Source: Scenedesmus sp. PABB004
Taxonomy: Eukaryota
DNA: 64,000 nucleotides
NCBI GenBank assembly: GCA_014905635.1
Contig: JABVCE010000026.1
Span: 248,001-312,000 of the forward strand
Direction of reading: 5' to 3'
The notes under the pieces were generated by a model. The model was not told the DNA's origin. It worked only from the letters and a program-made list of their open reading frames with translations, and ran no database searches. Made by a program: the position numbers and the translations under genes. This document shows, piece by piece, positions 11,301 to 23,779 of the stretch (the first letter of the stretch is position 1; the number at the start of each line of letters is the position of its first letter).

Positions 11301-13493
11301 CGCTATATGACCTTCAGCCACGACGCGATGCTGGTCAACGTGGTCAAGGCCGCCACCGCGGCGGCCGCGGCGGCCGCGGCCCGCGGCGAGGCGCAGCAGC
11401 AGCAGCAGCAGGAGCAGGAGCAGGCGGAGGAGCAGGAGCAGGAGGAGGCACTCGGCGGCGACGCAGCGCGCGGCGGCGGGCTGCTTCCGCCGGGCCTCGC
11501 GCCGCCGGCGCCGCGGGGCCTGCGCCGGCTGTTTGCGGCGGGCCTGGGCGCGACGCTCGCGGCGGCCGAGGCGGCCGAGGCCGACGCCGCGGCAGAGCAC
11601 TGGGCGGCGCGGCAGGCGGGCGCGGGGCTGCCGCGCGGGCGCGTGCCGGGCGCGCGCGCGCTGGCGGTCGTCGCGCCGCCGGCGGGGCCCGGCGCGCCGC
11701 GGGCGCCGCCAGTGAGCTTCAGCATGACGCCCCTGGAGTCGCCCTTTTGGTGGCGGGCGCAGCCCGACGCGGTGTGGGCCGACGCGGCCGCGGCGGCGGA
11801 CGAGGCGGACGCGCGCGCCGCCGCGGAGCGCCGCGCCGCGGAGCGCGCGCCCGCGGCGGGCGACGGCGGCGACGGCGCGGCGGCGGTCAAGCAGGAGCCG
11901 GGCGGCGCGGCGGGGAGCCCGCAGCACGTCGCCGCGGTGCCGCAGCCGCAGCAGCCGCACGGCGGGCAGCGCATGGTCACGATGCGCGGCGGCGGCGGCG
12001 CGGCGGCGGCGGCGGCGGTGCTGGAGCTGCCGTCGCCGACGGACGGCCCCGTCGCGGGCGCCGCCGCGGCCTCGGCGGCGCGCGGCCCGACCGCGCCCGT
12101 GGTCGCGGCCGCGGCGCGCGCGCTGGCGCTCGCCGCGTTCCCGCCGCGCGGCCTCGCGCCGCGCGCGCCCCGGCCCGACGCGGCGCCGGAGGAGGCCGCG
12201 GAGGCGGAGGCCGAGGCGGCGGCGGCGCGCGAGCGCGTCGAGGCCGGCGTCGCGGCGGTGCGGGCGTACGTGATGGCGCTCGCCGAGTCGCGGCGGCAGC
12301 ACATGCTGCTGCAGCCGCCGAGCGCGGCGCTCGCGGCGCAGGCGGTCGGCGAGCTCGCGCTGCGCGTCGAGCTCGAGCGCGCGCGGCAGGCCGCGCTCGC
12401 GCTCACGGCGGGCCTCGGGCCGCCGCGGCTCATGGCCGGCGGCGGCGGCGCGGCGGTCGACCCGGGCAGCGGCGTGCACGTGGACACGGCGGGCGTCGAG
12501 TGCGCGGCGTGCGGCGGCGACCTCTCGCTCGCGGCCGTGGTGAGCGACGCCGACCCGGGGCGCGCGGTGTGCCCGGAGCACGCGCACGACCTCGACGGCG
12601 GCCGCGCCGAGCGCCGCCTGCTGCTGCGCTACCCGCCGGGCGCGCTCGAGCGCCTGCTCGCGGCCGCGGCCGCGCACGTGCCGGGCGCGGCGGCGGGCGT
12701 GCGCGCCGCGCGCGCGCGCCGCGCATGGGTCGCGGCCGGCCGCTTTGCCGGCGGCGCGGTGCTGCGGTCGCCGCCCGGCGGCGGCGCCGGCCGCGGCGCC
12801 GCCGCGCCGCCGCCGCCCGGCGCCGCCGCGCGCGGACGCGGCGCCGCGCCGCGCCTGCCCACGCGGCTGCAGCCGCTGCCGGCGCAGCCCGTGGTCGAGG
12901 TCGCGGCGCTGGGGCGGCTGTACGACCCCCGGGAGCTGCCGGCCAAGCTGTTTGAGGACCTGGAGGACGACTCGGACGAGGAGGAGCAGCTCGCCGCGCT
13001 CGGCGGCGGCGCCGCGTCGGACGGCGACGGCGACGGCGCCGTGGCGCCGCCGCCGGCGGCCAAGGCGCCGCCCAGGGCGCGCGCCGCGGCGCCCGCGGGC
13101 GACAGCGGCGGCGACCGCTCGTCGGGGAGCTGGTGGCTGGAGGAGGAGCTGAACGGGCAGGAGGACGCGTTTGGCTTTTACGCCTTCCTGGACGGCGGCT
13201 CGGAGGACGAGGCCGCGCAGGACTCGGACGACGACTTCCGGCCGCCCACGCGCGGCGCGGGGCGCGGCCGCGGCCGCGGGCGCGGCCCGGGCCGCGGGCG
13301 GGGGCGCGGCCGCGGGCGCGGCCGCAAGCGCGGCGCCGACGGCGACGGGGACGCCGGCGGCCGGTCGCCCGCCAAGCGCGCGGCGCGGGCAGGCGGCGCT
13401 GACGCGCCGGCGCCGGCGCTGGCGCCGGCGCCGGCGCCGGTGTCGGTGCCGTCGCCGGTGCTGGCGCCGGAGCCGATGGACGCCGCCGCGTGA
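8336..13493 (+). CDS. JmjN/JmjC histone lysine demethylase (KDM5/KDM4-like) with degenerate C5HC2-type finger; one apparent frameshift
   Basis: Jmj[21 protein letters not shown]...GIALIIPP. Jmj[10 protein letters not shown]...[87 protein letters not shown]. Finger: ECAACGGDL...CPEH. Frame break near 10765. Confidence 0.92.
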
Positions 13494-14219
13494 GCGCGGA
13501 GGCGGGGGACGGGGTGCGCGTTGCGCCGCATTTGACTTGCGGCGCGCGCACGGGCAGCCAGCCGGACGTGCGGAGCGCGCGCGGCCAGGCGGGCCGCGCG
13601 AGCGAGGGTGACGGACAGACAACAGACGACAGCAGGGTTGGTGCGTGGGGCGCGCGCATTTGCGCGCACGCAGGCTTGCTGATTGCTGATTGCACGGCGG
13701 CGGCTGGTCGCTTGTTTTTTGACGTCTTGCGGCGCGCAGGTAACGGCCCGTTGTTGCTCTCTCCATCCTCTGCAGGGCGGCGGCGCCGCTCGTTCGCACA
13801 CGCTGCCGCCGCCGCGGTGCTGCCGGCGTCCCAAGACGCGCCCCGACGCGCCACGGGCAGGCCCGCAACTCCCGCCGCGCTGCCGCTGTCGACCGCTGCA
13901 GGCGGTCGCACGCTGCTCGGGGCAGCCCAGCGCGATGCCGCGGTGCCAGTTTGCGGTCTCTGGGCGTTGGCGCGGCTGCCAGGCAGGCCGCGCAGGGCGC
14001 CGCCCCGGACGGGGCCGCCGCGGTGCGCGGGGCGCGCGCCGCCGCTGCTGCTGCGCGCCGGACGCCGCCCGCCGGCGCGGCCGCTGGCGTGCTTCGCAGG
14101 CACGCCGTGCTGCGTCGTCCGCGACGCCGGCCGCCTCCAGCGCGTCGCCCACTGCTCTTCAGCGCTGGAACACCAGTGGGCGACGCGCTGGAGGCGGTCG
14201 GCGTCGCCCCCCGCTCCTG

Positions 14220-14940
14220 CTCATCCGGCGGATGAACGCTCCCGATCAAGGGCGCGGCCGCGTTCATCCGGGCGGGCGTGGCCGCTGCCCTGCGCGCGCG
14301 CGCGCGCGCGCGCTGACCGCGCGCCCCGTGCGCCCGTGCGCCGCCCGTGCCCGCGCTGCGTGCGGCCGCAGCCTCGCGCACCACGCCCGCGCGCGCGCGG
14401 CGCGCCCGCCGCACGCCTGCGCCGCCCCTCGACGCCGCAGCATGCGCGGCGACCTGCCGCCGGTGATGTTGAAGATGGACGCGCGCTTCACCCTCAACCT
14501 CACCGCCGGCAGGCAGGGCGGCGGCGGCGGTGGCCCCAGCACGCCCGCGCGGCGGGCTGCGCGGGCTGGATGAGCGCGGCCTCGCCCGTGATCTCTCCGA
14601 GGAGTGGTCGTGCCACCTGCATGCACCTCGGCGATCGCCGAGGTGCGCGAGGTCACGGGCGCGGCCGCGTTCACCCGGGCGGGCGTGGGCGCTGCCCTGC
14701 GCGCCCGCCCGCGCGCCGCCCCGCGCGCCCGCGCGCCGCCACGTGCGCCCGTGCGCGCTGCGTGCTGCGCGGCCGCAGCTTCGTGCACTGCGCCCCCGCC
14801 CGCCGTCATGCAGACGCGCACCGCCCCCCGACGTCCAGCATGCGCAGCCCCGTGCCGCCGGCGCCGCCGGCGAGGTCTGCGATCTGTCGCAGGGCTCATC
14901 TCTGACCTCGCCGGCGGCAGGTCGCTGCGCACGCTGCGCG
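14220..14940. repeat. Degenerate duplicated/fold-back sequence, possible non-autonomous transposon relic
   Basis: ~200-bp diverged direct copies at about 14250-14450 and 14657-14850; inverted pairs 14863-14877/14904-14918 and about 14437-14463/14911-14937; short palindromes at 14221-14235 and 14626-14643. Confidence 0.55.
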
Positions 14941-15580
14941 TTGCGGGGGGACGGCAGCGCCGTCTGCGGGCGCTCAGCGTCGCCAGCCTCGCGCGGTTAC
15001 CTCGTCGCGATCCTGCTCTCACAGGACCGCGGCGAGGTCGCCGCGGACGCCCTGGACCGGCAGCATCTGCGCGCTGGCGTCCATGCTCGCGACCGAGCGG
15101 CTGGACAGCAGCGCCACGAGCTCGTCGACTCCCCAAGCTCATGGCGCTGCTTTCCAGTGGCGGGCGGCAAGCCCTGGACCCGGCGCGGTGTCGCGCGCGC
15201 GCGGCGCCGCGCGGCCGGCCCGCGAGCGTCTGCGCGCCTGGCGCGGCGGCGGTGGCGGCTGCCTGCCAAGCGCCCTGCCCCCCGGTGAGACGCGGTCGCG
15301 CGTCCTGCGTGCTGCGAGTGCGCGCCTGGGGGGATCTCGCGCGGGCGCGGGCGGGCGCGCGCGTTTGCGGGAGACGCGCGCATTCCGCATTGCTCGACGC
15401 CGCTGATTCAGGCATCCCCGAGCTCGTGTCAGGCTGTTCTCAGCTTATCTCAGCTCACTCGTCACGCCGCTGAACGTGCGCGCCCTCCAACGCGCAGCTG
15501 TTCGGCCGGGGGCAGCGGCAACAGCTCCCGAGCTCGCGCGCGCCAGGCCCCGACTGCGAGCCGCGCCTGCTCCTCTCACC

Positions 15581-17534
15581 ATGCGGCGCCCTCTTCCAGC
15601 GCTGCTCCTGGGCGCGCTGGCCCTGCTGGCGGCGGCGGCGGCCCCGGCGCTGGCCAGTCGCGAGCTGCACATCCACGCGCCGGCGCGCGCCAGGCAGGCC
15701 CAGCTGGGCGAGAGCTTCGACCTGGAGGCCGCGCTTGCGGCGTATGAGGCAGAGCTGTGAGCCTGGGGCCAACAGCCGCGCCTGATGCTGCCCCCGCGCC
15801 GCCAGCTGCGGTGCGGCCCGGGCCTGTGGGGCGGCGGCTGACCCGGCGCACCACGCGCCCGCGTCGCCGGCGCGCCGCCGCAGCCGCGATGCCGAGGCGG
15901 CGGCGACCGAGGCCTCCACGCTGGCGCGCCGCAACGTGACCGAGGAGGCCGCCGCTCCGTCGGCGGGGGGCCACGGCACCGAGCCCTGGGTTGAGCTGCT
16001 CTCGCACGAGCCGCGCGCGCTGCTGTGAGCCCGCGCCCGCCGCCGCCGCCGCCGCAGCCCGGCGCAGCCAGGCGCGCCGGCGCGGAGGCCGGAAGCGCCG
16101 CGGCGCAGCGCCCACGCACGCCGCACGGCGCCGCGCGGCCGCAGGCACCACAACTTTCTCACGCCGGAGGAGGCAGACCACATCCGGCACATCGTGCGTG
16201 CCCGCCGCGCGGCGCGTGCCGCGCGGCACGCCCGCGCCGCGCCCCCGCGCGCCCGGCGGCGCGGCGCGTGCAGCGGCGAGGCGCGCGGGCTTGCCGCACC
16301 CGCCCACGCGCCCACGCCGCCCCGCCGCTGCCGCAGTCGGAGCCGTACATGGTCAAGTCAAAGGTCATCGCCGCAGAGAGCGGCAAGGTCGTCGACAGCG
16401 CGTGAGTGCGCTGCAGCGCGCCGCCGCCACGCGCGCCCGCGCGGCGCCGAGCAGCGGGTCCGGGCTGGCAGGCGGCGCCCTGCCGCGCGGCCGCGCGGAC
16501 GCCGGCCCGCCGACCCCGCGGCCGCCCCCGCCGTGCCCGCAGCGTGCGCACCAGCAGCGGCGCGTGGGTGCAGCGCGGCCAGGACGCTGTCGTTGCGACG
16601 ATCGAGGCGCGCATCGCCAACTGGACGGGCGCGCCGGTGGAGAACGCGGAGCCGATGCACGTGCGCGGCCGGCGGCGCGCGCTGGCGGGGTTGTTGCTGT
16701 CGGCGCACGGCCGGCGCGGCGGTCTCCCGCCGCCACCCGCGCCACCCCCCCCCGCCACCCCCGCGCCACCCCGCCCGCCACCCCCGCGCCGCCACCCCGC
16801 GCGCGCCCCGTGTCGCGGCCAGGTGCTGCGCTACGAGCCGGGCGAGCAGTACCGGGAGCACTACGACGTATACTTTGACGAGGTCAACGTCATCAACGGC
16901 GGCCAGCGCGTCGCCACGGTCCTGCTCTACCTCAGCGACGTCCCCGAGGGTGAGCCGGCGCGGCTGCAGGGCGGGGCGGTGGCGGCGGCTGCGGGGCGCG
17001 GCGGCTGCGGGGCGCGGCGGCGCGGCGGCGGGCCGCGCGGCGCCCTCACGCGTGCGGCGCGCCCGGCGCGGCGCGGCAGGCGGCGAGACGGTCTTCCCGC
17101 TGTCGTCCGACAAGCCCTCCGGCGCGGCGGCGCACGGCCTGAGCGGTGCGCGCGCGCGCGCGCGGCGCGCGCGCGCGCGCGTGGCCCGCGGCGGGGAGCG
17201 CCGACGGCCGCCCGACCTGCGCGCCGCGCCCGCGCCCACGCCGCGCCCGCGCCGCGCAGCCTGCGCGCGCCAGGGTGCCGCCGCGCGGCCGCGCAAGGGC
17301 GACGCGCTGCTGTTCTTCAGCCTCCTCCCCGACGGCGTGACGGTGGACGAGCGCAGCCTGCACGCGGGCTGCCCCGTCATCGCTGGGGTCAAGTGGGTGG
17401 CGACCAAGTGGCTGCGCCAGTCGGAGTGGATCGACGCGCCGCTGAGCCAGGTGCAGGCGGTGCGCGAGGAGCGTGAGGCGATGCGCGCGCGCGAGGTCGC
17501 CGCGCGCATCGCGCAGACCAGCGGCGAGCTGTGA
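15581..17534 (+). CDS. P4H: Prolyl 4-hydroxylase (2OG-Fe(II) dioxygenase), secretory pathway, about 8 exons
   Basis: Signal peptide MRRPLPALLLGALALL; WVELLSHEPRALLHHNFLTPEEADHI, VRTSSGAW, IEARIANWT, VLRYEPGEQYREHYD, GGQRVATVLLYLSDVPEGGETVFP, PRKGDALLFFSL, SLHAGCPVIAGVKWVATKW (HxD...H...K). Confidence 0.95.
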
Positions 17535-18025
17535 GGGGCGGCGAGGCGCGGTGCGGCGGGCGCCCAGGGCGGCCGGCGGCAACGGCGCGGCCGCTCCCGC
17601 CAAGCGCCGCCTGCGCGCGGGGGCGGCCGGCCAGCGCGCCATCGCGGTACGAGTGCCAGCTTCACTCGCCCGTGTCACTGGCAGCCTGCGCGGGGCCGGG
17701 GCGATGGCTGGCGCGGGCTGGGCCGCGGCAGCCGGCTGGGCGCCCGCGCATCTCGCTCGGCGGCCCAGCACGGCGCCGCGTGACCACCCGAGCAGAGCCA
17801 TTGCACCCGGACTGACGACGCGGCGCAGCGCAGACGCCACGCAGCGGCCCGCGCGCGCTCAGCGGCCGGCATCATCCCACGCGCCGCACGCTCTCCGCAC
17901 GGCCTGCTGCTCGTCACGGACACGCTTAGCATGCTCACATACATCGCCGCGGCGCTGGCGGGCTGGCGTGGCGCGCCCTGACCGCGGGCGAGCTCGAGCG
18001 CGCGAGAGGCGGTCGTGGTGGCACC

Positions 18026-21000
18026 ATGGCGCCCCACGCCGCGTCTGGCGCGGAGCCACTCCGCCGAGAGATCTGGGAGGTCACGGGCGTGAGCGCGCAG
18101 TGCGCGGGCAGCTCAGGTAGGCCCGCGAGGCAGTGCTGGCTGGCGGAGCAGCTGCGGCCGCCGCGTGCAGCCGGGGCGGAGGCGCGGCCTGCGGGGCGGC
18201 GCGTCTCGCAGCTGGTGGCACAGCACACCTGGGAGCGGGCGGGCGGGTGGCGGCTGCGGCCGCGCGGCGGCGGCGGCGGCGCGCGAGGCGTCGCTCACTG
18301 CCACGCCCGCTGCCGCAGGTGGCGCCGCCGCGCACTCGCACTGGCTCAGCTGGGGCGGCGCGCGCTGGCAGCTGAGCGCAACCTTCCTGCCGGCCGAGGA
18401 CGCGCTGGCGCTGGCGCTGCGCTGCCGCCCGGCGACGGCCGGCGGCGCCGGCGCGCAGGCGCCGCGCGCGACGTACGCGGCGCTCCACGTGCTGAACCGC
18501 CGGGCCGGCGCCGACGGCGACTGTGGCGCGGCGCACGCGAGCGCCTACCTGCCGCCGCACGTGTTTGGCGCCGCCGCGCCGGAGCTGGGCGTGGCGCGGC
18601 TGCTGCCGCTGAGCGCGCTCACCGCGGCGCGCTCGCCGTTTGTGGTCAACGACGTGCTGCAGGTCGCCGTGGAGCTCAGCGCGTCGCCGCTGGCCAGCGC
18701 CGCGCTCGCCGCGCTCGCGGGCGGCGGCGGCGGCCGCCCCGCGGCGTCGCCGTTTCCGCCGATGTTTGGCGGCGGGCTCGACCGCTTCATGATCGGCGCG
18801 GCGTTTGCGGAGGTCCGGCTCGCGCCCCTGGACGGCGGCGACGCGGAGCACGGCGGCGGCGCCGCGGCGCCGCCACTGCTGGCGCACCTCTCCCGGCTCG
18901 CGGCCGTGTCGGGCGTGCTCGCGGCGGAGCTGCCGCCGCGGCTCAAGGGCCTGCGCGCGCGGCCGCAGGGCTTTGCCGGCCTCGCCGCCGCTCAGCCGGC
19001 GGTGCGCCTCGACGCCAGCCTGCCCGTGCTGGCCGCGTTCCACCGCCTGCTGTACGAGCCGGAGGTCGCGCTGCCGCCGGAGCTGCTGCAGGGCCTGCAG
19101 CGCCTCGCGTCCGACTACGCGATGCCCGAGCTGGCGGCCTGGGTGCTGCAGCAGGCGGCGGACGCGGGCCTGGCCCTAGCGGCGCCGTGCGGTGAGCGCC
19201 GGCGCACGCGCGCGGGCGGCGGCGCGGGAGGGCGCGGCCGTGCCCTCGCGTCGGCCGCGCTGGCTGGGGCGCTGGCTGGAGCGGGCGCCCGGGCGCGCCC
19301 CTGAGCTGCTCCGCCCGCCCGCTGCCCGCCGCCAGGCCGCAGCGGCGCCGGGCGCGTCGAGGTGACGCCCGTGCCGGAGCCCGCCGCCGAGCAGCCCCGG
19401 CGCGGCCCCAGCCTGGGCGGGGGCACAGTCAAGCTGTCGGCGCCCGCCGAGCTCCGGCGCGGGCTGTCGGCCGGCGGCTGCAGCGAGCCAGGTAGCGCGC
19501 GCTCGAGCTCCTGCGGCGGCGCGGCGGCGCTGCCGCGGCGCGGGTCGCCGGAGAAGCAGCCCGAGGCGCGCAGCTGTGGGCGCGAGCGCTTTGTGCGGGC
19601 GTGCTCCATCTACGAGGCCGCCCTGAGCACGCTCGAGGCGGGCGGCGAGCACGGCAGCTCGCCGCGCAAGGGCGCCAGCCTGGCGCAGCAGCTGACGTTC
19701 TGGAAGCAGCAGCAGGAGCTGCTGCGGCAAGAGCGCACCAAGCTCCCGGGCAGCGCCCGGCCGCCGGTGCGCGCCGTGATGCAGCCGCGCGCGCTCGGCG
19801 CAGGCGGCGCCGGGGCCAGCCCCCGGTGGGGCCTGGCCAGCGCGGGCAGCCCCCGGCAAGCCGTGGGCAGCCCCCGGCGAGCCGTCAGCAGCCCCAAGCA
19901 CAGCTACGGCGCGCGCTGGTCGCAGCAGCAGCAGCAGCAGCGGCAGCAGCGGCAGCAGCAGTCGCCCAGCCGCGCCAGGCTCGCCGGCCGCCGCGCGGTG
20001 GCACCAGCAGTGAGCGCGGCGGCTGCCGCCGCCGAGCCTGGCACGCCCGCGGCCGGGCAGGACGGCGAGGGCGCGCCCGGCAGCGGCGTGCTGGGCAGCT
20101 TCAGCTTTGAGCGCTTCACAGGCGGCTGCTGGGACCCGCTGGCGGAGGTCCAGGCGATGACCGCCGCCGTGCTGGGCCGCCAGGCGACGGCCGGCGCGGC
20201 GGCCGGCGCCCCGGCGACTGGCAGCACCTCAGCGGCGGGGCAGGGAGCGGCAGCTGGCGCGGCCGAGGCCAGCGCGGGCGCCGGCGCGGGCGCGGGCGCC
20301 GCGCCGGCCGGCTGCCTGGCGTACGCCGCCATGAGCCCGCTGATGTCCGTGCAGGAGATGGCGGACGCGGTGCTCCGCGCCAAGGCTGCGAGGGCAGGCG
20401 CCCAGCAGCCGCAGCAGCCGCCACCGCCGCAGCAGGCGCCGGCCGAGGTCGGCGCCGCCGCGAGCGCGGGCGCCGCGCCGGCCGGCTGCCTGCCCTACGC
20501 CGCCATGAGCCCGCTGATGTCCGTGCAGGAGATGGCGGACGCGGTGCTCCGCGCCAAGGGTGCAAGGGCAGGCGCCCAGCAGCCGCAGCAGCAGCCGCAA
20601 CCGCCGCAGCAGGCGCCGGCCGAGGTCGGCGGTGCCGGCAGCGGCAGTGCGGGCGCGGTCCGCGAGCAGCCCGCCAGCCGCCAGGCTTGCTGGGAGGCGT
20701 TTGACCCGCTGGCGGGCCTGCAGGCGATGGCGGCCGAGGTGCTGGCCAGGAAGGGCCACAGCGGCGGCGCCGCGGCCGCTGCCGTGCCCGCGCCCGCGCC
20801 CACGCGCGCGGCGGGGGCGGCGGCCGAGCAGAGCGGTGGCGCCAGCGGCGCCGCTGCGGAGCCGGCGAGCGCCGCGGCAGCGTACGCCGCGCTGGGCCCC
20901 TTTGCCGACGTGCACAGCATGACAGCGGCCATCCTCAGCCGGCGCCCGACGCCGGCGCTCGCCGAGCAGGCGCCCGCCGCTGTGCCGACCGGAGGCCCCG

Positions 21001-23174
21001 CCCGCAGCAGCGACGGCTCTGCTGATGCTGCTGGCAGCAGCACGGGCGCCGCCGCTGGCAGCGGCAATGCCGCGTGCAGCCAGCCCGCGGTGTTCCTGGA
21101 CCCCCTGGCACAGCTCCAGGCGATGGCGGCTGAGGTGCTCAGCCGCGCTCAGCCCCTGGCCGCCAGTGAAGCCTGCGCCCGCGGCGCAGCGACCGCCGGC
21201 ATGCAGCCGGCCGCAGCTTGCGCCAGGGCGGGCCTGGGGTCGCCAGGCGAGCCGCCGCACGGCAGCGCTCCCAGGCCGCCTGCGGTGCCGCCGCAGCGCC
21301 GCGCCGGCCCGAGCCCTGGCGGCGCGGTCGCCGCCGCCATGGCTGCGCTGGCGGGCCGGGCGGCACCACTGGCCGCTGAGCCCGCGCCGGCGGCAGACGC
21401 CCTGCCGCGCCCCGTGGTGGCGCTGCCGCTGCGGGACAGGACGAGCGAGGTGTCGGAGCTGGCCGCGGAGGTGCTCCGCGGCTGCAGCGCGGCGGCGCGC
21501 GCCGCGGCGGGCACGGGCGCAGCCTCGCCGCACGAGCCGGAGCGCGAGCTGCTCGACCCGGTGCAGCCGGCGGCGGCGCCCGAGCCTGAGCTGCTGCCGC
21601 CGCTGGCCGAGGAGCTGCTGCCTGCGCCCGAGCCGGGGCCGCGGGAGGAGGCGCAGGAGCTGCGAACCGCACCGAGCAGCAAGTCCAACGGCAAGGGCGA
21701 GCAGGGGCTCCCCTGCCCGGCCCCAGCCGCATGGGAGATTGCAGCGGGCGTGCAGCCGCAGCAGCCGGGCTCGCCCGGCACGCCGGCGTCGCTGGCGTCG
21801 GACGCGGCTGCTGCCAGCTCGGCGGCGGCCGCCGCCGCAGAGGCAGCGCACGTGGACGCGGCGTCGGCGGCCTGCTGCAGCAGCAGCTGCTGCAGCCTCA
21901 GCATCAGCGGCGGCAGCAGCAGCGAGTGCGCAGGGCTCGACGGCGCCAGCCCGCAGTCCGAGCAGGCGCTGCTCGCGCGCGCCAGCGGCGGCGGCGAGGC
22001 CGCCAGTGAGTCGCAGGAGCTGGGGCAGGAGCCTGCGCGAGCTTGCGTGCTGGGGCCCTCGACGGTCGAGCACCAGCCGGTGCCAGCGGCTGAGATGTGG
22101 CTGCAGGAGGAGCAGCTGGAGGAGCAGCTGGAGGGGCAGCAGGAGGAGCAGCTGGAGGGGCAGCAGGAGGAGCAGCAGCGCAAGGCGAGGCGGGTGCTGA
22201 GGCACGCCGGCCTGACTCAGGTGCTGCGCATGCCGCAGGACGGCCCCGGCGCCGGCGGCGCTGCGGCGGAGCTGGCAGTCCAGCCAGCGTCAGCCGCACA
22301 GCCGCGCGCCCAGCTGCGCATGCTCCCGCCGGCGCCGCGCAGCCCGGCGCTGTCGGAGTGCTCCGGCCGCAGCGGCCTGTCCTTTGCGCGCCTGCCCCCC
22401 AGCGTCGCGCGCTCGCACAGCGGCGGCACTGCGAGCAGCCTCGCGCGGCACAGCAGCGGCGGCTGCAGCGTGGCGCCCTCCGAGGCGCTCTCGGCAGCCA
22501 CCTGGTGCACCACCGCCTCGGCCGCTGCGGCGCTGGGCGGCGTGCCGGCTGGCGCGCGGCGGTCGGCCGGCGGCCTTGCGCGGCTGCTGCGGGGCTCGAC
22601 CGCCAGCGGCGGCGGCGGCGGCGCGCGCGCCGGCAGCGAGGGCGGCGTGTGGAGCAAGCTGCGGGGCCGCCTGGCCGCCAGCAGCGGCGGTGGCGGCGGC
22701 AGGCGCAGCGGCGCAGCTGCGCGCGCGCGCGCCGAGCCGGCCGCGCCGCCCGAGGCCGCGCCGTCGGCGCTGGAGCTGGAGCAGCAGCAGGTGCTGGCCG
22801 AGGCCGCGGCGCGGGACTGGGGCGCCGCCGTGGGCGTGGGCGTGGCCGGCATCCAGGGCCTGACGCCCGACGGCGTCATGGCGCTGCTCCTGCGCCTCGC
22901 GGGCGCGCGGCGCGGGCCGGCCGGCAGCGGCAGCGCCGCCGCGCTGGAGGCGCTGGAGCTGGTGATGCTCTGGGTGGAGGGCGACCGCGAGGCGCGGCAG
23001 CACAGCCCCGCGCTGGACGACCTGACCGCGGGCGTTGACTTTGGGGCGTTTGATGCGGCGCAGCTCTGGCGCGCGCGCCGCCTGCCTGGCGTCGCGGGCA
23101 GCCCAGCGCTGCGCGCGCGGCTGCTGGAGGCGCATCAGGCGCGCGTGCTCGCGCGCTGCGCGGAGCAGCTCTGA
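18026..23174 (+). CDS. MATH-BTB/POZ protein with a ~1100-aa low-complexity repeat insert and a C-terminal BACK-like segment
   Basis: MATH-like: SHWLSWGGARWQLSATF...LGVARLLPLSAL...SPFVVNDVLQVAVEL. BTB-like: FAEVRL...LLAHLSRLAAVSGVL...AFHRLLYE...LQRLASDYAMPEL. Last exon about 19336-23174 ends with GLTPDGVMALL...ALELVMLWVEGD...LTAGVDFGAF. Confidence 0.7.
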
Positions 23175-23779
23175 GCGTGCCTGGCGGGGGAGAAAGGGCC
23201 GAGGTGCGCCTGGATGGCGCCGGCAGCGGCGTCCTAGGGGGGGGGGGCACAAGTCAGCACAGCGTGCTGGAGGCACTGCGTGCGTGTTCAGGGCATGCAG
23301 GACTCACCAAACTCACCGCCGAAGCATTGCGGCGACGGCCGCCGCCCCGTAGTCAACGTGCGCCAGTCAACGTGCGCACGGCGTGCTGAGCGGCGACGGC
23401 GTGCTGGGGGCGTCAGGCCGCGGCGCCTGTGTCGGGGCGCGCTGCACAAGCGCGGGCCGAGAGGGGTGTGCGCGGGGGCGAGCTGGTGGGCTCGAACTGC
23501 ATCACCGCCGTTGGGCGTCAGCGGCGGCGCGCTCGCGCAGTGCCAGGGCACAGCCTCCTGCGCCGCAGGCTCCGCCGCTCCGCTAGAGTCCTGTCGGGTC
23601 CAAGCCAAATCGTTTCGGGCCCAAGCACAGCTGAGTAGCGACCGCGCGCGCTTGCGCTCGCGAAAAAACCGCGAGCCGGTTGAGCCTGCGCGAGCGCAGC
23701 GCCAGCAGCTCCCGGCAGCTCGTGCAAGGCTTTTCAGACCTTTCACAGCCCAAAGCCGAGGCGGCTCGCCCCACACACA

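Noticed and set aside
15581..15760. Stand-alone small secreted peptide
   Set aside because: The apparent TGA is part of a GTGAG donor; this is exon 1 of P4H
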